A stretch of 64,000 nt of DNA from Caldisericia bacterium (GTDB lineage: Bacteria > Caldisericota > Caldisericia > B22-G15): positions 12,485 to 76,484 of the forward strand of contig JAOAHY010000004.1 in the NCBI GenBank assembly GCA_026414995.1. Direction: 5' to 3'. The notes beneath the pieces were generated by a model, which saw nothing but the letters and a program-made list of their open reading frames with translations, did not search any database and was not told where the DNA came from. The position numbers and the translations under genes were made by a program. Positions within the stretch are counted from its first letter, which is position 1; every line of letters begins with the position of its first letter. Positions 1-8,979 of this stretch are shown piece after piece.

Positions 1-2
1 TT

Positions 3-500
3 CTTTTATCCTGGGTTTATTCTTTTACCTCTCAAAAAATTGAAGAACAAAAATTTGAAACAATAAAAAGTGCTATAAGTGAAATATTTCCAGATGAATC
101 TAGTTTTGAATTGTTGTCTAATTTTTCTAATAAAGAGATAGGTGGAGGTATAAATATTATTGAAGTTTATAAAGTTGTTCTAAAAGATGAGAATATTGGT
201 TTTGTTATTAGAGCAAAATTCTCTGGTTATGGAGGTAAAATTGAATCACTTATTGGTTATGAAGGTGATAAATGCAAGGGTATATATGTATTAGAACACA
301 GTGAAACTCCAGGATTAGGTTCAAAAATAGTTGAAGGTTCTTTTAAAAACCAATTTATTGATAAAAAATTGAGTGATCCTTTTAAGGTTAAAAGTGATAT
401 AACACCTATTTCTGGTGCTACAATATCATCTAACGCAGTTTCAAATGCTGTTAAAAAAATTGGAGTTTTCTATCTTGAAAATTTAAAAGGGAGGCAATAA
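3..500 (+). CDS. rnfG: Rnf complex subunit G (FMN-binding), 5'-partial: reading frame is open to the window start
   Basis: The frame has no stop back to position 3. The C-terminal SGATISS FMN-attachment motif matches the FMN_bind domain. It is immediately followed by NqrDE/RnfAE-type genes in the canonical G-E-A-B order. Confidence 0.75.
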   Translation, partial: LLSWVYSFTSQKIEEQKFETIKSAISEIFPDESSFELLSNFSNKEIGGGINIIEVYKVVLKDENIGFVIRAKFSGYGGKIESLIGYEGDKCKGIYVLEHSETPGLGSKIVEGSFKNQFIDKKLSDPFKVKSDITPISGATISSNAVSNAVKKIGVFYLENLKGRQ

Positions 501-1100
501 ATGAAAAAAAATCTTTGGAAAGAATTAGCCAAAGGTTTAACAAGAGAAAATCCAATATTGATTTTGATGTTAGGATTATGCTCTGTTCTTGCAGTTTCAA
601 CTGATGTTGCAAATGGTGTGGGTATGAGTTTAGGTTTTAGTTTTGTTTTAATAACTGCAGAACTTCTTTCATCTGCATTTAGAAAAATAATTCCAAATGA
701 AGTTAGAATTCCTATTTTTTTAATATTTATTGCTGTTCCAACTACAATTGTTGATTTAATAATGAAAGCCTATTTTCCACCTTTATCAAAATCTATGGGT
801 GTTTTTATACCTTTAATTGTTGTTAATTGTATAGTTCTTGGTAGAGTTGAGGCTTTTTCTTATAAAAGGTCTTTTTCAGAAACTTTAATGGATTCATTAG
901 GAATGGCAATTGGATATTCATGGGTAATTATTTTGTTAAGTGTTATTAGAGAAATTTTAGGGAAAGGAACTTTTCTTGGAAAAGAGGTTTTTTCAAAAAA
1001 TTTTCAACCAATGTCAATACTATCTTTTCCACCTGGTGGATTTTTCTTAATAGCAGTTTTTATTGCTGTTTTAAATGCAACTTTAAAAAGGAGGAAATAG
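501..1100 (+). CDS. rnfE: Rnf complex subunit E (NqrD/RnfE-family polytopic membrane protein)
   Basis: 199 aa, about six TM helices, NqrDE/RnfAE-like sequence. The start codon directly abuts the rnfG stop. Confidence 0.75.
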   Translation: MKKNLWKELAKGLTRENPILILMLGLCSVLAVSTDVANGVGMSLGFSFVLITAELLSSAFRKIIPNEVRIPIFLIFIAVPTTIVDLIMKAYFPPLSKSMGVFIPLIVVNCIVLGRVEAFSYKRSFSETLMDSLGMAIGYSWVIILLSVIREILGKGTFLGKEVFSKNFQPMSILSFPPGGFFLIAVFIAVLNATLKRRK

Positions 1101-1676
1101 ATGTTAAATAATTTAATTAAAATTATAATTGCTGCAACTATAGTTGACAATATGGTTTTTATTAGATATCTTGCTCTATGCTCTTATGTAGGAATAACAA
1201 GTTCAATTGATGCATCAATTGGTATGACTTTTGCAGTTATATTTGTTCAAACACTTGCAACAGCGATAACTTGGATCATTTTCCATTTCTTTATGAAAGG
1301 TCTTGAATATTTACAAATAATTGTATTCATCTTTACAATTGCATCACTTGTTCAACTTGTTGAAATCTATTTGAAAAAAAATGTTCCATCTCTTTATAAA
1401 GCCATGGGAATTTATCTTCCTTTGATTACAACAAATTGTATGATTCTTGCAGTAACTTTAATAAATATTGACAAAAATTATAATTTCATTGAAAGTTTAG
1501 TATATGCAATTGGCTCTGCATTGGGTTATGGTCTTGCGCTTTTGATTCTTGCAGGTATAAGAGAGAGATTAAAGATTTCAAATGTTCCAAAATTTTTTAG
1601 AGGATATCCTCTTGTTTTTGCTTCTATGGCTCTTATAGCAATTGCATTTTTAGGGTTTAAAGGTCTAATTAAATAG
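1101..1676 (+). CDS. rnfA: Rnf complex subunit A (NqrE/RnfA family)
   Basis: 191 aa polytopic membrane protein, paralogous to the preceding ORF. Position in the operon. Confidence 0.75.
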   Translation: MLNNLIKIIIAATIVDNMVFIRYLALCSYVGITSSIDASIGMTFAVIFVQTLATAITWIIFHFFMKGLEYLQIIVFIFTIASLVQLVEIYLKKNVPSLYKAMGIYLPLITTNCMILAVTLINIDKNYNFIESLVYAIGSALGYGLALLILAGIRERLKISNVPKFFRGYPLVFASMALIAIAFLGFKGLIK

Positions 1677-1690
1677 GAGGATAAATTTAT

Positions 1691-2527
1691 ATGAATATAA
1701 TTTTAAAATCTGTTGTTATAATGGGGGGTATTTCAATTATTTTTGGAATTCTATTATCTTTTTTTAATAAAATTTTTGAAGTAAAAGTTGATGAAAGGGT
1801 TTCTGAAATTCAATCACTTCTTGCTGGTGCAAATTGTGGAGCTTGTGGTTATCCTGGATGTGAAGCATTTGCAAACGCAATAGTAAATGAAGGAATAGAT
1901 CCAACAAAATGCAAAGTAACAAATGGAGATAATATGAGCAGAATTCTTGAAATCGTGGGTAAAAACCCTTTAAATATTGATAAAGAAAGACCTGTATTAA
2001 AATGTGTTGGAGACATATATACAGAAATTAAAAGAGCAAGTTATTCTGGAATTGAAGATTGTCGAGAAGTTCAATTTGCTTTTAATGGTGATAAAAATTG
2101 TGAATATGGGTGTGTTGGTTTTGGAACATGCGAAAGAGCATGCCCTTTTGATGCAATAAAAATGAAAGATGGTCTACCAGAATTTGATTACGACAAATGT
2201 ACTGGATGTGGAATTTGCTCTAGAATTTGTCCAAGAAATGTAATAATAATGTTAAAATGGAGTAATTATGGAATTATTATGTGCAATAGTCCCAAAAAAG
2301 GAATTGATGTTAGAAAAGAGTGTAAAAGAGGTTGTATTAAATGTGGTATTTGCATTAAAGTTTGTCCAACTAAAGCAATTTCATGGGGTGAAAATGGTTT
2401 ACCTAAAATTGATATGAATTTATGTGATCTTTGTAAATTATGTGTTGAAAAATGCCCAACTCATGTTATAAAAATACAAAGAGATGATGTTATACTAATA
2501 TATGAGGAGGAAAAAATAAAAGTTTGA
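1691..2527 (+). CDS. rnfB: Rnf complex subunit B (polyferredoxin, multiple 4Fe-4S motifs)
   Basis: N-terminal TM anchor plus several CxxCxxCxxxCP ferredoxin motifs (CTGCGICSRICP, CIKCGICIKVCP, CDLCKLCVEKCP). RBS aggagg upstream. Confidence 0.8.
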   Translation: MNIILKSVVIMGGISIIFGILLSFFNKIFEVKVDERVSEIQSLLAGANCGACGYPGCEAFANAIVNEGIDPTKCKVTNGDNMSRILEIVGKNPLNIDKERPVLKCVGDIYTEIKRASYSGIEDCREVQFAFNGDKNCEYGCVGFGTCERACPFDAIKMKDGLPEFDYDKCTGCGICSRICPRNVIIMLKWSNYGIIMCNSPKKGIDVRKECKRGCIKCGICIKVCPTKAISWGENGLPKIDMNLCDLCKLCVEKCPTHVIKIQRDDVILIYEEEKIKV

Positions 2528-2556
2528 AATTTAAGAAAATTATTTACAACAACATT

Positions 2557-5022
2557 ATGTTAAATTATAATAAAAATGTGAAAAAAATAATAATTATATT
2601 TATTTTATTAAATTTAATTTTTGTTATTCCAAAAATAGGTTATTCAGAAGAAAAGGGATATAAAAAAATTATAACAATAAAAGAAAACGGAGGAATTTTA
2701 AGAAACCCAAATTTTATATATTTAACAATAGAAGATGAAAATTTAAAAAAAGATTCAAATTTTATTCTAATTGATTCTAAAACTAATAAAGAAATACCTG
2801 TTCAATTAATAAATCAAGAGGATAAAAAGGTTAAAATAAGATTTGAATTAAATTTAAATAAAGGTGAAGAAAAAAAATTAGAATTTAGATTTGCAACTAA
2901 AGAAAAAAGAACAGAATTAGAAAATATATATTTTTCATATCCAAATTTTATTGGAACTGAATTTTATGGTATTTCATTTGAAAAAATTTATATTGTTGGT
3001 TTGAAAGAATGTGATGTAAAAGTAATTACAAAGGATGGAAAATCTCTTTTTGAAGGAAAAGTTAAATATGGGCAATTTAAAAGAATAGATCTTTCAAAAC
3101 CTCAAATTTTTTATGTTAAATCAACAGGTCCAATTATGGTCATTTCTTCTTCAATTGGTGATACAAATATAAATGAACCGCAAGATAAAAGTGATGATGA
3201 TTTAACTTATTATATTGGAAGCGAAGGTGTAATTTTTACTAATAAAGATATGTTTATTTCTTCTTTTGCTGATAATAATAAAATTTATATAGAAGATGCT
3301 GGAGGAAAATTAATATACAATGGAAAAATTGATAAGTTAAATCCACTCACATTCTCTTTTAAATATGCTTCAGTTATTTTATTTAAATCTGATTATCCTG
3401 TTTTAATTCAATATGGAAATTTTGATGATTCACCTTTTTTGCCAATGATTTCTTATAAAGGAAATTTAAATGCATTCTCATTTAAAGATTTAACTGTTTT
3501 TTCTCCAATTTCTGATATAAATTACAATATCAATTTAATAAAATCGAAAAAAAATTTAAAAGGTACAATAAATAAATCAGAAATTAAAGAAATTGAGACA
3601 GAAATTGAGGGATTTGATCTTAATATACAAAAATTGTCATATATTTATACATTCGGAACTTCATCAAATTTTGGTGGAGAACAAATACTATCAGTAACAG
3701 GAATTCCAAATGAAAAAGAGTTTAATTTTATTACTGGAAAAATTTCAACAAAATTCTCAAAAGGCCACAAAAGAGTTATTTATGTTTTGGCATTAGAAGA
3801 TGATACTGAAGTAAATTTAATTGATTATAACAATAATAAAAATCAAAAAGTTACACTTCAAAAAATGTCTATTTTTCAATATGAAACTGAAATATCTAAA
3901 TCTCAAATTTCAATTAAATCAAATAAAGATGTACTTGTTTTTGAATCAACAAATCACCTTACAAGGGAAATATTATTTAATATTTCACCAGTAAAGGATG
4001 AATCTATTTTAATAGATATAGGAAAAACAGAACCTATTGGTACAGGAACAACACCACCATCGAAACCTGAAACACCAACTGGAAAACCCCCAAAAGTTGA
4101 AATACCAGAGGGTCTAATAAATATAATATTATGGGAAATTACTCTTCTGCCACTAAGATTTACTAATTTTATTAATAATTTAAAAATTGTTAGTGATTTA
4201 TTTAAGAATATTGAATTTATAAAAATTGCTTTACCAAAATTTTCTATTAAACTTCCAGCTTTTATTGATGAGATACTGCCTCCATTTTTAAAAGGTTTTA
4301 ACTTTTTCTTATTAATTATTTTAATTATTCTATTATTAATTTTGATAATTCTTTTAATGAGAAGAAAAAAGATAGAAAAACCAAAAGCACAAATTGAAGA
4401 AATTGAAGAGATTGAAATACCTGGTGTAGAAAAAATAAAAAAAGAGCCTAAATTAGAAGAAGTTCAACAAAAACAAGAACAGATTGAAGAAATAAAATTA
4501 GAAAAAGAGGAAGTAATAGAAATTAAGCCAGAAGAGAAAGAAAAAGAAACAATAGAATTTAAAAAGGATTATGAGATAAAAGAAGAATCAAAATTTGAAG
4601 AAACTATACCAGTTATTTCGATACCAGAAAAACCAAAAGAACTTATACCAAAAGAAATAGTTTCAGAAAAAATTATAGATACAACAATTTTAAAAGGTAA
4701 AGTTGTCATTGATAGAAAAACTTTATTAAAAATAATTGAATTAGATTTATTTCCATTTCTACAAGAAGCGTATATCGATTCGAAAGCTGTTTCAGATTTG
4801 CCAATTAAATATAGAACTTCTGAAAAAATTAAACCAGTTGAATTAACTAAATATGAAGAAAGTATGGCAGAAGACCTTGGTAAAAGAGTAGGTGGTTCAA
4901 AAGAAACAGGAGAAGCTATTGCAATTGCGTTAAGAATGAAAATTGATAAATGCATAGTAGGTGAAAAGTTTAATAGAGTATTTCAAAATATAAATATATA
5001 TTCTTATGAGAAATTAGGGTGA
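2557..5022 (+). CDS. Hypothetical large membrane-anchored protein. Layout: signal/anchor, ~470-aa beta-rich ectodomain, Pro/Thr linker, TM segment, Glu/Lys-rich cytoplasmic tail. Alternative TTG start at 2524 overlaps the rnfB stop.
   Basis: Hydrophobic N-terminus MLNYNKNVKKIIIIFILLNLIFVIPKIGYS. Linker GTGTTPPSKPETPTGKPPKVEIPEG. TM segment FFLLIILIILLLILIILLM followed by RRKK. EEIEEIEI/KEE low-complexity tail. I recognise no family. Confidence 0.55.
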   Translation: MLNYNKNVKKIIIIFILLNLIFVIPKIGYSEEKGYKKIITIKENGGILRNPNFIYLTIEDENLKKDSNFILIDSKTNKEIPVQLINQEDKKVKIRFELNLNKGEEKKLEFRFATKEKRTELENIYFSYPNFIGTEFYGISFEKIYIVGLKECDVKVITKDGKSLFEGKVKYGQFKRIDLSKPQIFYVKSTGPIMVISSSIGDTNINEPQDKSDDDLTYYIGSEGVIFTNKDMFISSFADNNKIYIEDAGGKLIYNGKIDKLNPLTFSFKYASVILFKSDYPVLIQYGNFDDSPFLPMISYKGNLNAFSFKDLTVFSPISDINYNINLIKSKKNLKGTINKSEIKEIETEIEGFDLNIQKLSYIYTFGTSSNFGGEQILSVTGIPNEKEFNFITGKISTKFSKGHKRVIYVLALEDDTEVNLIDYNNNKNQKVTLQKMSIFQYETEISKSQISIKSNKDVLVFESTNHLTREILFNISPVKDESILIDIGKTEPIGTGTTPPSKPETPTGKPPKVEIPEGLINIILWEITLLPLRFTNFINNLKIVSDLFKNIEFIKIALPKFSIKLPAFIDEILPPFLKGFNFFLLIILIILLLILIILLMRRKKIEKPKAQIEEIEEIEIPGVEKIKKEPKLEEVQQKQEQIEEIKLEKEEVIEIKPEEKEKETIEFKKDYEIKEESKFEETIPVISIPEKPKELIPKEIVSEKIIDTTILKGKVVIDRKTLLKIIELDLFPFLQEAYIDSKAVSDLPIKYRTSEKIKPVELTKYEESMAEDLGKRVGGSKETGEAIAIALRMKIDKCIVGEKFNRVFQNINIYSYEKLG

Positions 5023-5025
5023 GTT

Positions 5026-5835
5026 ATGAAATTTTTAATTGGAGGTATTTCTCCACATCCCCCACTTTTAATACCTGAAATAGGTGGTTTAGAAAGAAAA
5101 TATGTAAAAAAAACCGATGAAAGTTTATTTATTCTTGCTGAAAAAATTATAAAACAAAGAGTTGAAACCATTCTTTTCATGTCACCTCACTCTCCTTTTA
5201 TTAGAGATGGTATAACAATTTTTTCAGGAGATACCTTATATGGAGATTTTTCACAATTTGGAGCAAGTGAGGTTTGTTTTGAATATAAAAATGATATTGA
5301 ACTTGTTGATTCTATCATAAATATAGGAAAAAATTTCGGAATTAAATTTTATAAACTTCCACCTGATTATACACTTGATCATGGTATTTTAGTTCCACTT
5401 TATTATCTAGATAAATTAAAGGATTATGAATTTAAAATTGTCTGTATGAGTCAACATTTTACACTTGATAGAGATAAATTTAAAATTTTTAAAGAAATTT
5501 TTAATGAGATTGATTTACCTGATAAAAGAATAGCTTTTATTGCTTCTGGAGATATGTCTCATAGATTACTTTCAACAGGTCCTTATGGATTTCATCCAAG
5601 TGGACCCAAATTTGATAATTTAGTTATAGAAGCAATTAAAAATGAAAATTTTGAAGATTTACTATCTATACCAGAAAATTTAATTGAAGAAGCAAGCGAA
5701 TGTGGTTATAGATCTATTCTAACACTTTTTACATTAATGCCATTTGATGAATTTAAAGCAGAAATTTTATCTTATGAAGGACCATTTGGAGTAGGATATT
5801 TAGTTTGTATAGTAGAAAGGAGAGAAAATGCATAA
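5026..5835 (+). CDS. LigB-family (class III extradiol dioxygenase-like / MEMO-like) protein; partner of the AMMECR1 protein (AmmeMemoRadiSam-type protein B)
   Basis: N-terminal GISPHPP His motif and the later DHG and GDMSHRL motifs are typical of the LigB/DODA fold. It overlaps the downstream AMMECR1 gene by 8 nt. Confidence 0.55.
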   Translation: MKFLIGGISPHPPLLIPEIGGLERKYVKKTDESLFILAEKIIKQRVETILFMSPHSPFIRDGITIFSGDTLYGDFSQFGASEVCFEYKNDIELVDSIINIGKNFGIKFYKLPPDYTLDHGILVPLYYLDKLKDYEFKIVCMSQHFTLDRDKFKIFKEIFNEIDLPDKRIAFIASGDMSHRLLSTGPYGFHPSGPKFDNLVIEAIKNENFEDLLSIPENLIEEASECGYRSILTLFTLMPFDEFKAEILSYEGPFGVGYLVCIVERRENA

Positions 5836-6340
5836 ACTTGTAAAACTTGCTAAAAATACAGTTGAACTATATGTAAAACAAAGAAAGATTTTTATACCAA
5901 ATTTAGATGAATATAAAGAGTATTTAAATATCAGAAAAGGAGCTTTTGTTACTATTCATAAAGGGAAAGATTTAAGAGGTTGTATTGGTACATATCTACC
6001 AACAAGAGAGAATGTAATTGAGGAAATTATATACAATGCAATTGCATCTGCAACTGAGGACCCTAGATTTCCACCAGTTTCTCAAAATGAACTCGATGAA
6101 TTAACATATTCTGTTGATTTGCTTGAAGAGCCAGAAGAAGTAAAAGATTTAGAAGAACTTAATCCCCAAATTTATGGAGTAATTGTTTCAAAAGGTTTTC
6201 GAAGAGGTCTTCTTTTACCTAATATTGAGGGTGTTGATAGTGTGGAAGAACAATTAAGAATTGCAAAACTTAAAGCAGGTATACATCCAAAAGATACAGA
6301 TGTAAAAATATATAAATTCAAAGTTACAAGATTCCATTAA
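5828..6340 (+). CDS. AMMECR1-domain protein (AmmeMemoRadiSam system protein A-like)
   Basis: 170 aa containing GAFVTIHK...LRGCIGT, the AMMECR1 core motif. Confidence 0.7.
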   Translation: MHKLVKLAKNTVELYVKQRKIFIPNLDEYKEYLNIRKGAFVTIHKGKDLRGCIGTYLPTRENVIEEIIYNAIASATEDPRFPPVSQNELDELTYSVDLLEEPEEVKDLEELNPQIYGVIVSKGFRRGLLLPNIEGVDSVEEQLRIAKLKAGIHPKDTDVKIYKFKVTRFH

Positions 6341-6343
6341 TAA

Positions 6344-6799
6344 ATGAATAAAAAAGATGAAATTTATATGAAGGTAGCCCTCTATGAGGCAAAGAGGGCT
6401 TTTTTAGAATATGAGGTACCTGTTGGAGCTGTAATTGTAAAAGACGGAATAGTAATTTCAAGAGCACATAATAAAAAAGAGAAAAATAAAGATTCTACAT
6501 CTCATGCAGAAATAAATGCAATAAGAATTGCAACTAATAAATTGAATGATTGGAGATTAAATGGTTGTGAAATTTATATAACTAAAGAACCTTGTTTAAT
6601 GTGTGCAGGTGCAATTATTGAATCTAGAATTAAGAGAGTTATATTTGGTTTTTTTGATAAAGAACATGGCGCTTTTGGAGGTAAAATAAATATTTTGGAA
6701 TATTTAAATGCTAAAATTATAATAGTGAATGGAATTCTTGAAAAGGAGTGTTTTGAAATATATAGAAATTTTTTTGAAATTTTACGGAGAGGTGGCTGA
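6344..6799 (+). CDS. tadA: tRNA-specific adenosine deaminase TadA (CDA-fold zinc deaminase)
   Basis: HAE...PCLMCAGAI zinc-binding motifs, 151 aa. The last 14 nt and the stop codon lie inside the tRNA-Ser gene. Confidence 0.8.
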   Translation: MNKKDEIYMKVALYEAKRAFLEYEVPVGAVIVKDGIVISRAHNKKEKNKDSTSHAEINAIRIATNKLNDWRLNGCEIYITKEPCLMCAGAIIESRIKRVIFGFFDKEHGAFGGKINILEYLNAKIIIVNGILEKECFEIYRNFFEILRRGG

Positions 6800-6878
6800 G
6801 CGGTCTAAAGCGCCTGCCTCGAAAGCAGGAAAGCGGATTTTATCCGCTTCGCGGGTTCAAATCCCGCCCTCTCCGCCA
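6786..6878 (+). tRNA. tRNA-Ser (anticodon CGA), class II with long variable arm, CCA encoded
   Basis: Acceptor stem ggagagg/cctctcc. Anticodon stem-loop cctgc-cuCGAaa-gcagg. Long variable arm aagcggauuuuauccgcuuc. T-loop gggttcaaatccc. Confidence 0.88.
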
Positions 6879-6896
6879 TATATTTAGGAGGAAAAA

Positions 6897-7445
6897 ATGA
6901 AACCATTTGTTCTAGTAGTTGACATGATTCATGATTTTATTGATGGTAAATTTAAGAATGAAAGGGCAAAAAAAATAATTCCAAACATACAAAAACTAAT
7001 TGAATTTGCAAGAGAAAAGCAAATTCCAATTATTTATTTAAAAGATTCTCATGAAAAAGGAGATCCTGAAGAGAAACTTTGGGGCGAACACGCTTTAAAA
7101 GATTCAAAAGGAAGCGAAATTATTGAAGAACTTAAACCTAAAAAAAATGATTATATAATTTTAAAAAGAACTTATTCAGGTTTTTTTAAAACTGACCTAG
7201 ATCTTTTATTAAAAAAATTAGAGGTTGATACTGCTTTTGTAGTTGGAATTTCCACTGACATTTGTGTTCAAAATAATGTTGGAGAATTATTTTATAGAGG
7301 ATTTGATATTTATGTTTTAAATGATGGAACAGCATCAATAAGTGAAGAAAACCATGAAATTGCATTGAATTATATGAAAAATATTTTTAATGCGAAAATT
7401 ATCTCTCTTGAAGATGCACTAAAACTTCTTGAGGAGGTAAAATGA
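6897..7445 (+). CDS. pncA: Isochorismatase-family cysteine hydrolase, probable nicotinamidase PncA
   Basis: 182 aa with an isochorismatase-like fold. It is overlapped (ATGA) by the nicotinate phosphoribosyltransferase gene. Confidence 0.6.
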   Translation: MKPFVLVVDMIHDFIDGKFKNERAKKIIPNIQKLIEFAREKQIPIIYLKDSHEKGDPEEKLWGEHALKDSKGSEIIEELKPKKNDYIILKRTYSGFFKTDLDLLLKKLEVDTAFVVGISTDICVQNNVGELFYRGFDIYVLNDGTASISEENHEIALNYMKNIFNAKIISLEDALKLLEEVK

Positions 7446-8632
7446 AAATTTTTAGAGTACCAACAGAAGAAGAAATCAAACAAGGATTATGCACTGATGC
7501 ATATTTTGTAAGAACAGAAGAAGTATTAAAAGGACTAAACGATGAAACAGAAGTAACTATGGAACTTATGACTAAAAAATTTCCTGATAAAAATTATACA
7601 TTTGGAGTTCTAGCAGGGCTTTATGAGGTTGCAAAACTTCTAGAGGGTTTGCCAGTCGATGTGGATGCTATGGAAGAGGGAGATTTTTTCTTTCCAGAGG
7701 AACCTGTTTTAAACATTTCAGGTAAATATATTGATTTTGTTAGATATGAAACATCAATATTAGGTTTTATATGTTCATATTCAGGTATAGCATCAAAGGC
7801 AATTAGAGTAAGAATTGCAGCAAAAAATAAAACAGTTCTCTCATTTGGAACAAGAAGACAACATCCATTTCTTGCTCCAACAATTGAATATGCAACATAC
7901 ATAGCAGGATTTGATGGAGTATCTAATGTAATTGGTGCTAAATATTTAGGCAAAGAAGCAGTTGGAACTATGCCTCATGCATTAATTCTTGTTCTTGGAG
8001 ATAATAAAAAAGCATTTAAAAGCTTTGATGAAATTGTTGATAAAAAAATTCCTAGGATATGTTTAATAGATACATCAGGCTCACCTATTACAGAACTTGA
8101 AGATGCATTAGAAGTTTTAGGTAAAAATTTAAAGGGTGTTAGAATTGACTCTGGTAATTTAAAAGCAATTGGAAAAGAAATAAGATGGTATTTGAACCTG
8201 AAAGGTAGAAATGATGTTTTGATATATTTCAGTGGTGGTTTAGATGAATATTCTATCGTAGAATTAAATGATGTTGGTGATGGCTTTGGAGTTGGAACAA
8301 AAATTGCTGATGCTGATGTTATTGACTTTGCATTAAAAATTATAGAAGTAAATGGAAATCCTAGAGCAAAAGTTGGAAATTATCCAGGAAAGAAACAAGT
8401 ATTAAGAAATGAAAAATTTGAAGATATAGTAACATTATATGGCAATAAAAAAGAGGGGTTTAAAGAGCTTTTAAAACCATTGATCAGAAATGGTAAATTA
8501 GTAAGAGAAATTCCTGAACCAGATAAAGTTAGAAAAAGAGTCTTAGAAAATTTAACTTTATTACCAGATTATTTAAAAACAATAGTTGGGGAGAAAGAAT
8601 TTCCTGTTAAATTGATACCTAATTTAGTATAA
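7442..8632 (+). CDS. pncB: Nicotinate phosphoribosyltransferase (NAPRTase)
   Basis: 396 aa. GTMPHALI and FGVGT motifs of the NAPRTase family. Confidence 0.75.
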   Translation: MKIFRVPTEEEIKQGLCTDAYFVRTEEVLKGLNDETEVTMELMTKKFPDKNYTFGVLAGLYEVAKLLEGLPVDVDAMEEGDFFFPEEPVLNISGKYIDFVRYETSILGFICSYSGIASKAIRVRIAAKNKTVLSFGTRRQHPFLAPTIEYATYIAGFDGVSNVIGAKYLGKEAVGTMPHALILVLGDNKKAFKSFDEIVDKKIPRICLIDTSGSPITELEDALEVLGKNLKGVRIDSGNLKAIGKEIRWYLNLKGRNDVLIYFSGGLDEYSIVELNDVGDGFGVGTKIADADVIDFALKIIEVNGNPRAKVGNYPGKKQVLRNEKFEDIVTLYGNKKEGFKELLKPLIRNGKLVREIPEPDKVRKRVLENLTLLPDYLKTIVGEKEFPVKLIPNLV

Positions 8633-8640
8633 TTATATAT

Positions 8641-8976
8641 GGAACTTGGAAGAAGAGATGGTCGCAGTTAACCTCTTTAAAGGTTAACTGAGGAAAGTCC
8701 AGGCTCCATGGGCAAGAGTGCTGAACGCAAGTTCAGCGGGAGTAATCCCGGGAAAGTGTCACAGAAACTACACCGCCAGGATCTTTTAATCCTGGTAAGG
8801 GTGAAAAAGTGTGGTAAGAGCACACTATGGGATCAGGTGACTGATCCCATGGACAAACCCCACTCGGAGCAAGGTCAAATAGGAGAACTTTGCCCAATTA
8901 TATAAGTTCTCGGGTTGACCGCTTAGATAGATGACCATCTTAAACACAGAACCTGGCTTATCTTCTTCCAAGTTCC
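8641..8976 (+). ncRNA. rnpB: RNase P RNA, bacterial type A
   Basis: P1 helix ggaacuuggaagaaga pairs with ucuucuuccaaguucc. Conserved GGAAAGUCCAGGCUCC (P4 5' strand), AGGGUGAAAAAGUGUGGUAAGAGCACAC and ACAGAACCUGGCUUA (P4 3' strand) are present. The 65-aa ORF inside it is spurious. Confidence 0.85.
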
Positions 8977-8979
8977 TAT

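Noticed and set aside
4569-4955. 128-aa antisense ORF inside the large Rnf-linked protein. Similar antisense ORFs occur at 7621-7953, 9245-9457, 12133-12366, 12844-13119, 17859-18113, 21774-21977, 23253-23450, 24797-25073, 26912-27133, 28008-28190, 30081-30837, 32126-32308, 36099-36287, 37864-38049, 38563-38871, 39204-39566, 45410-45670, 47625-47831, 48863-49051, 51035-51528, 54866-55330, 56261-56545, 57328-57582, 59573-59773 and 60948-61223.
   Set aside because: Each lies wholly within a longer ORF on the opposite strand that has clear family homology. They are low-complexity, shadow-frame translations of AT-rich sequence and have no RBS.
8708-8905. 65-aa ORF (MGKSAERKFSGSNPGKVSQ...)
   Set aside because: It lies entirely inside the RNase P RNA gene. 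The local GC is high because of the structured RNA, not because of coding.
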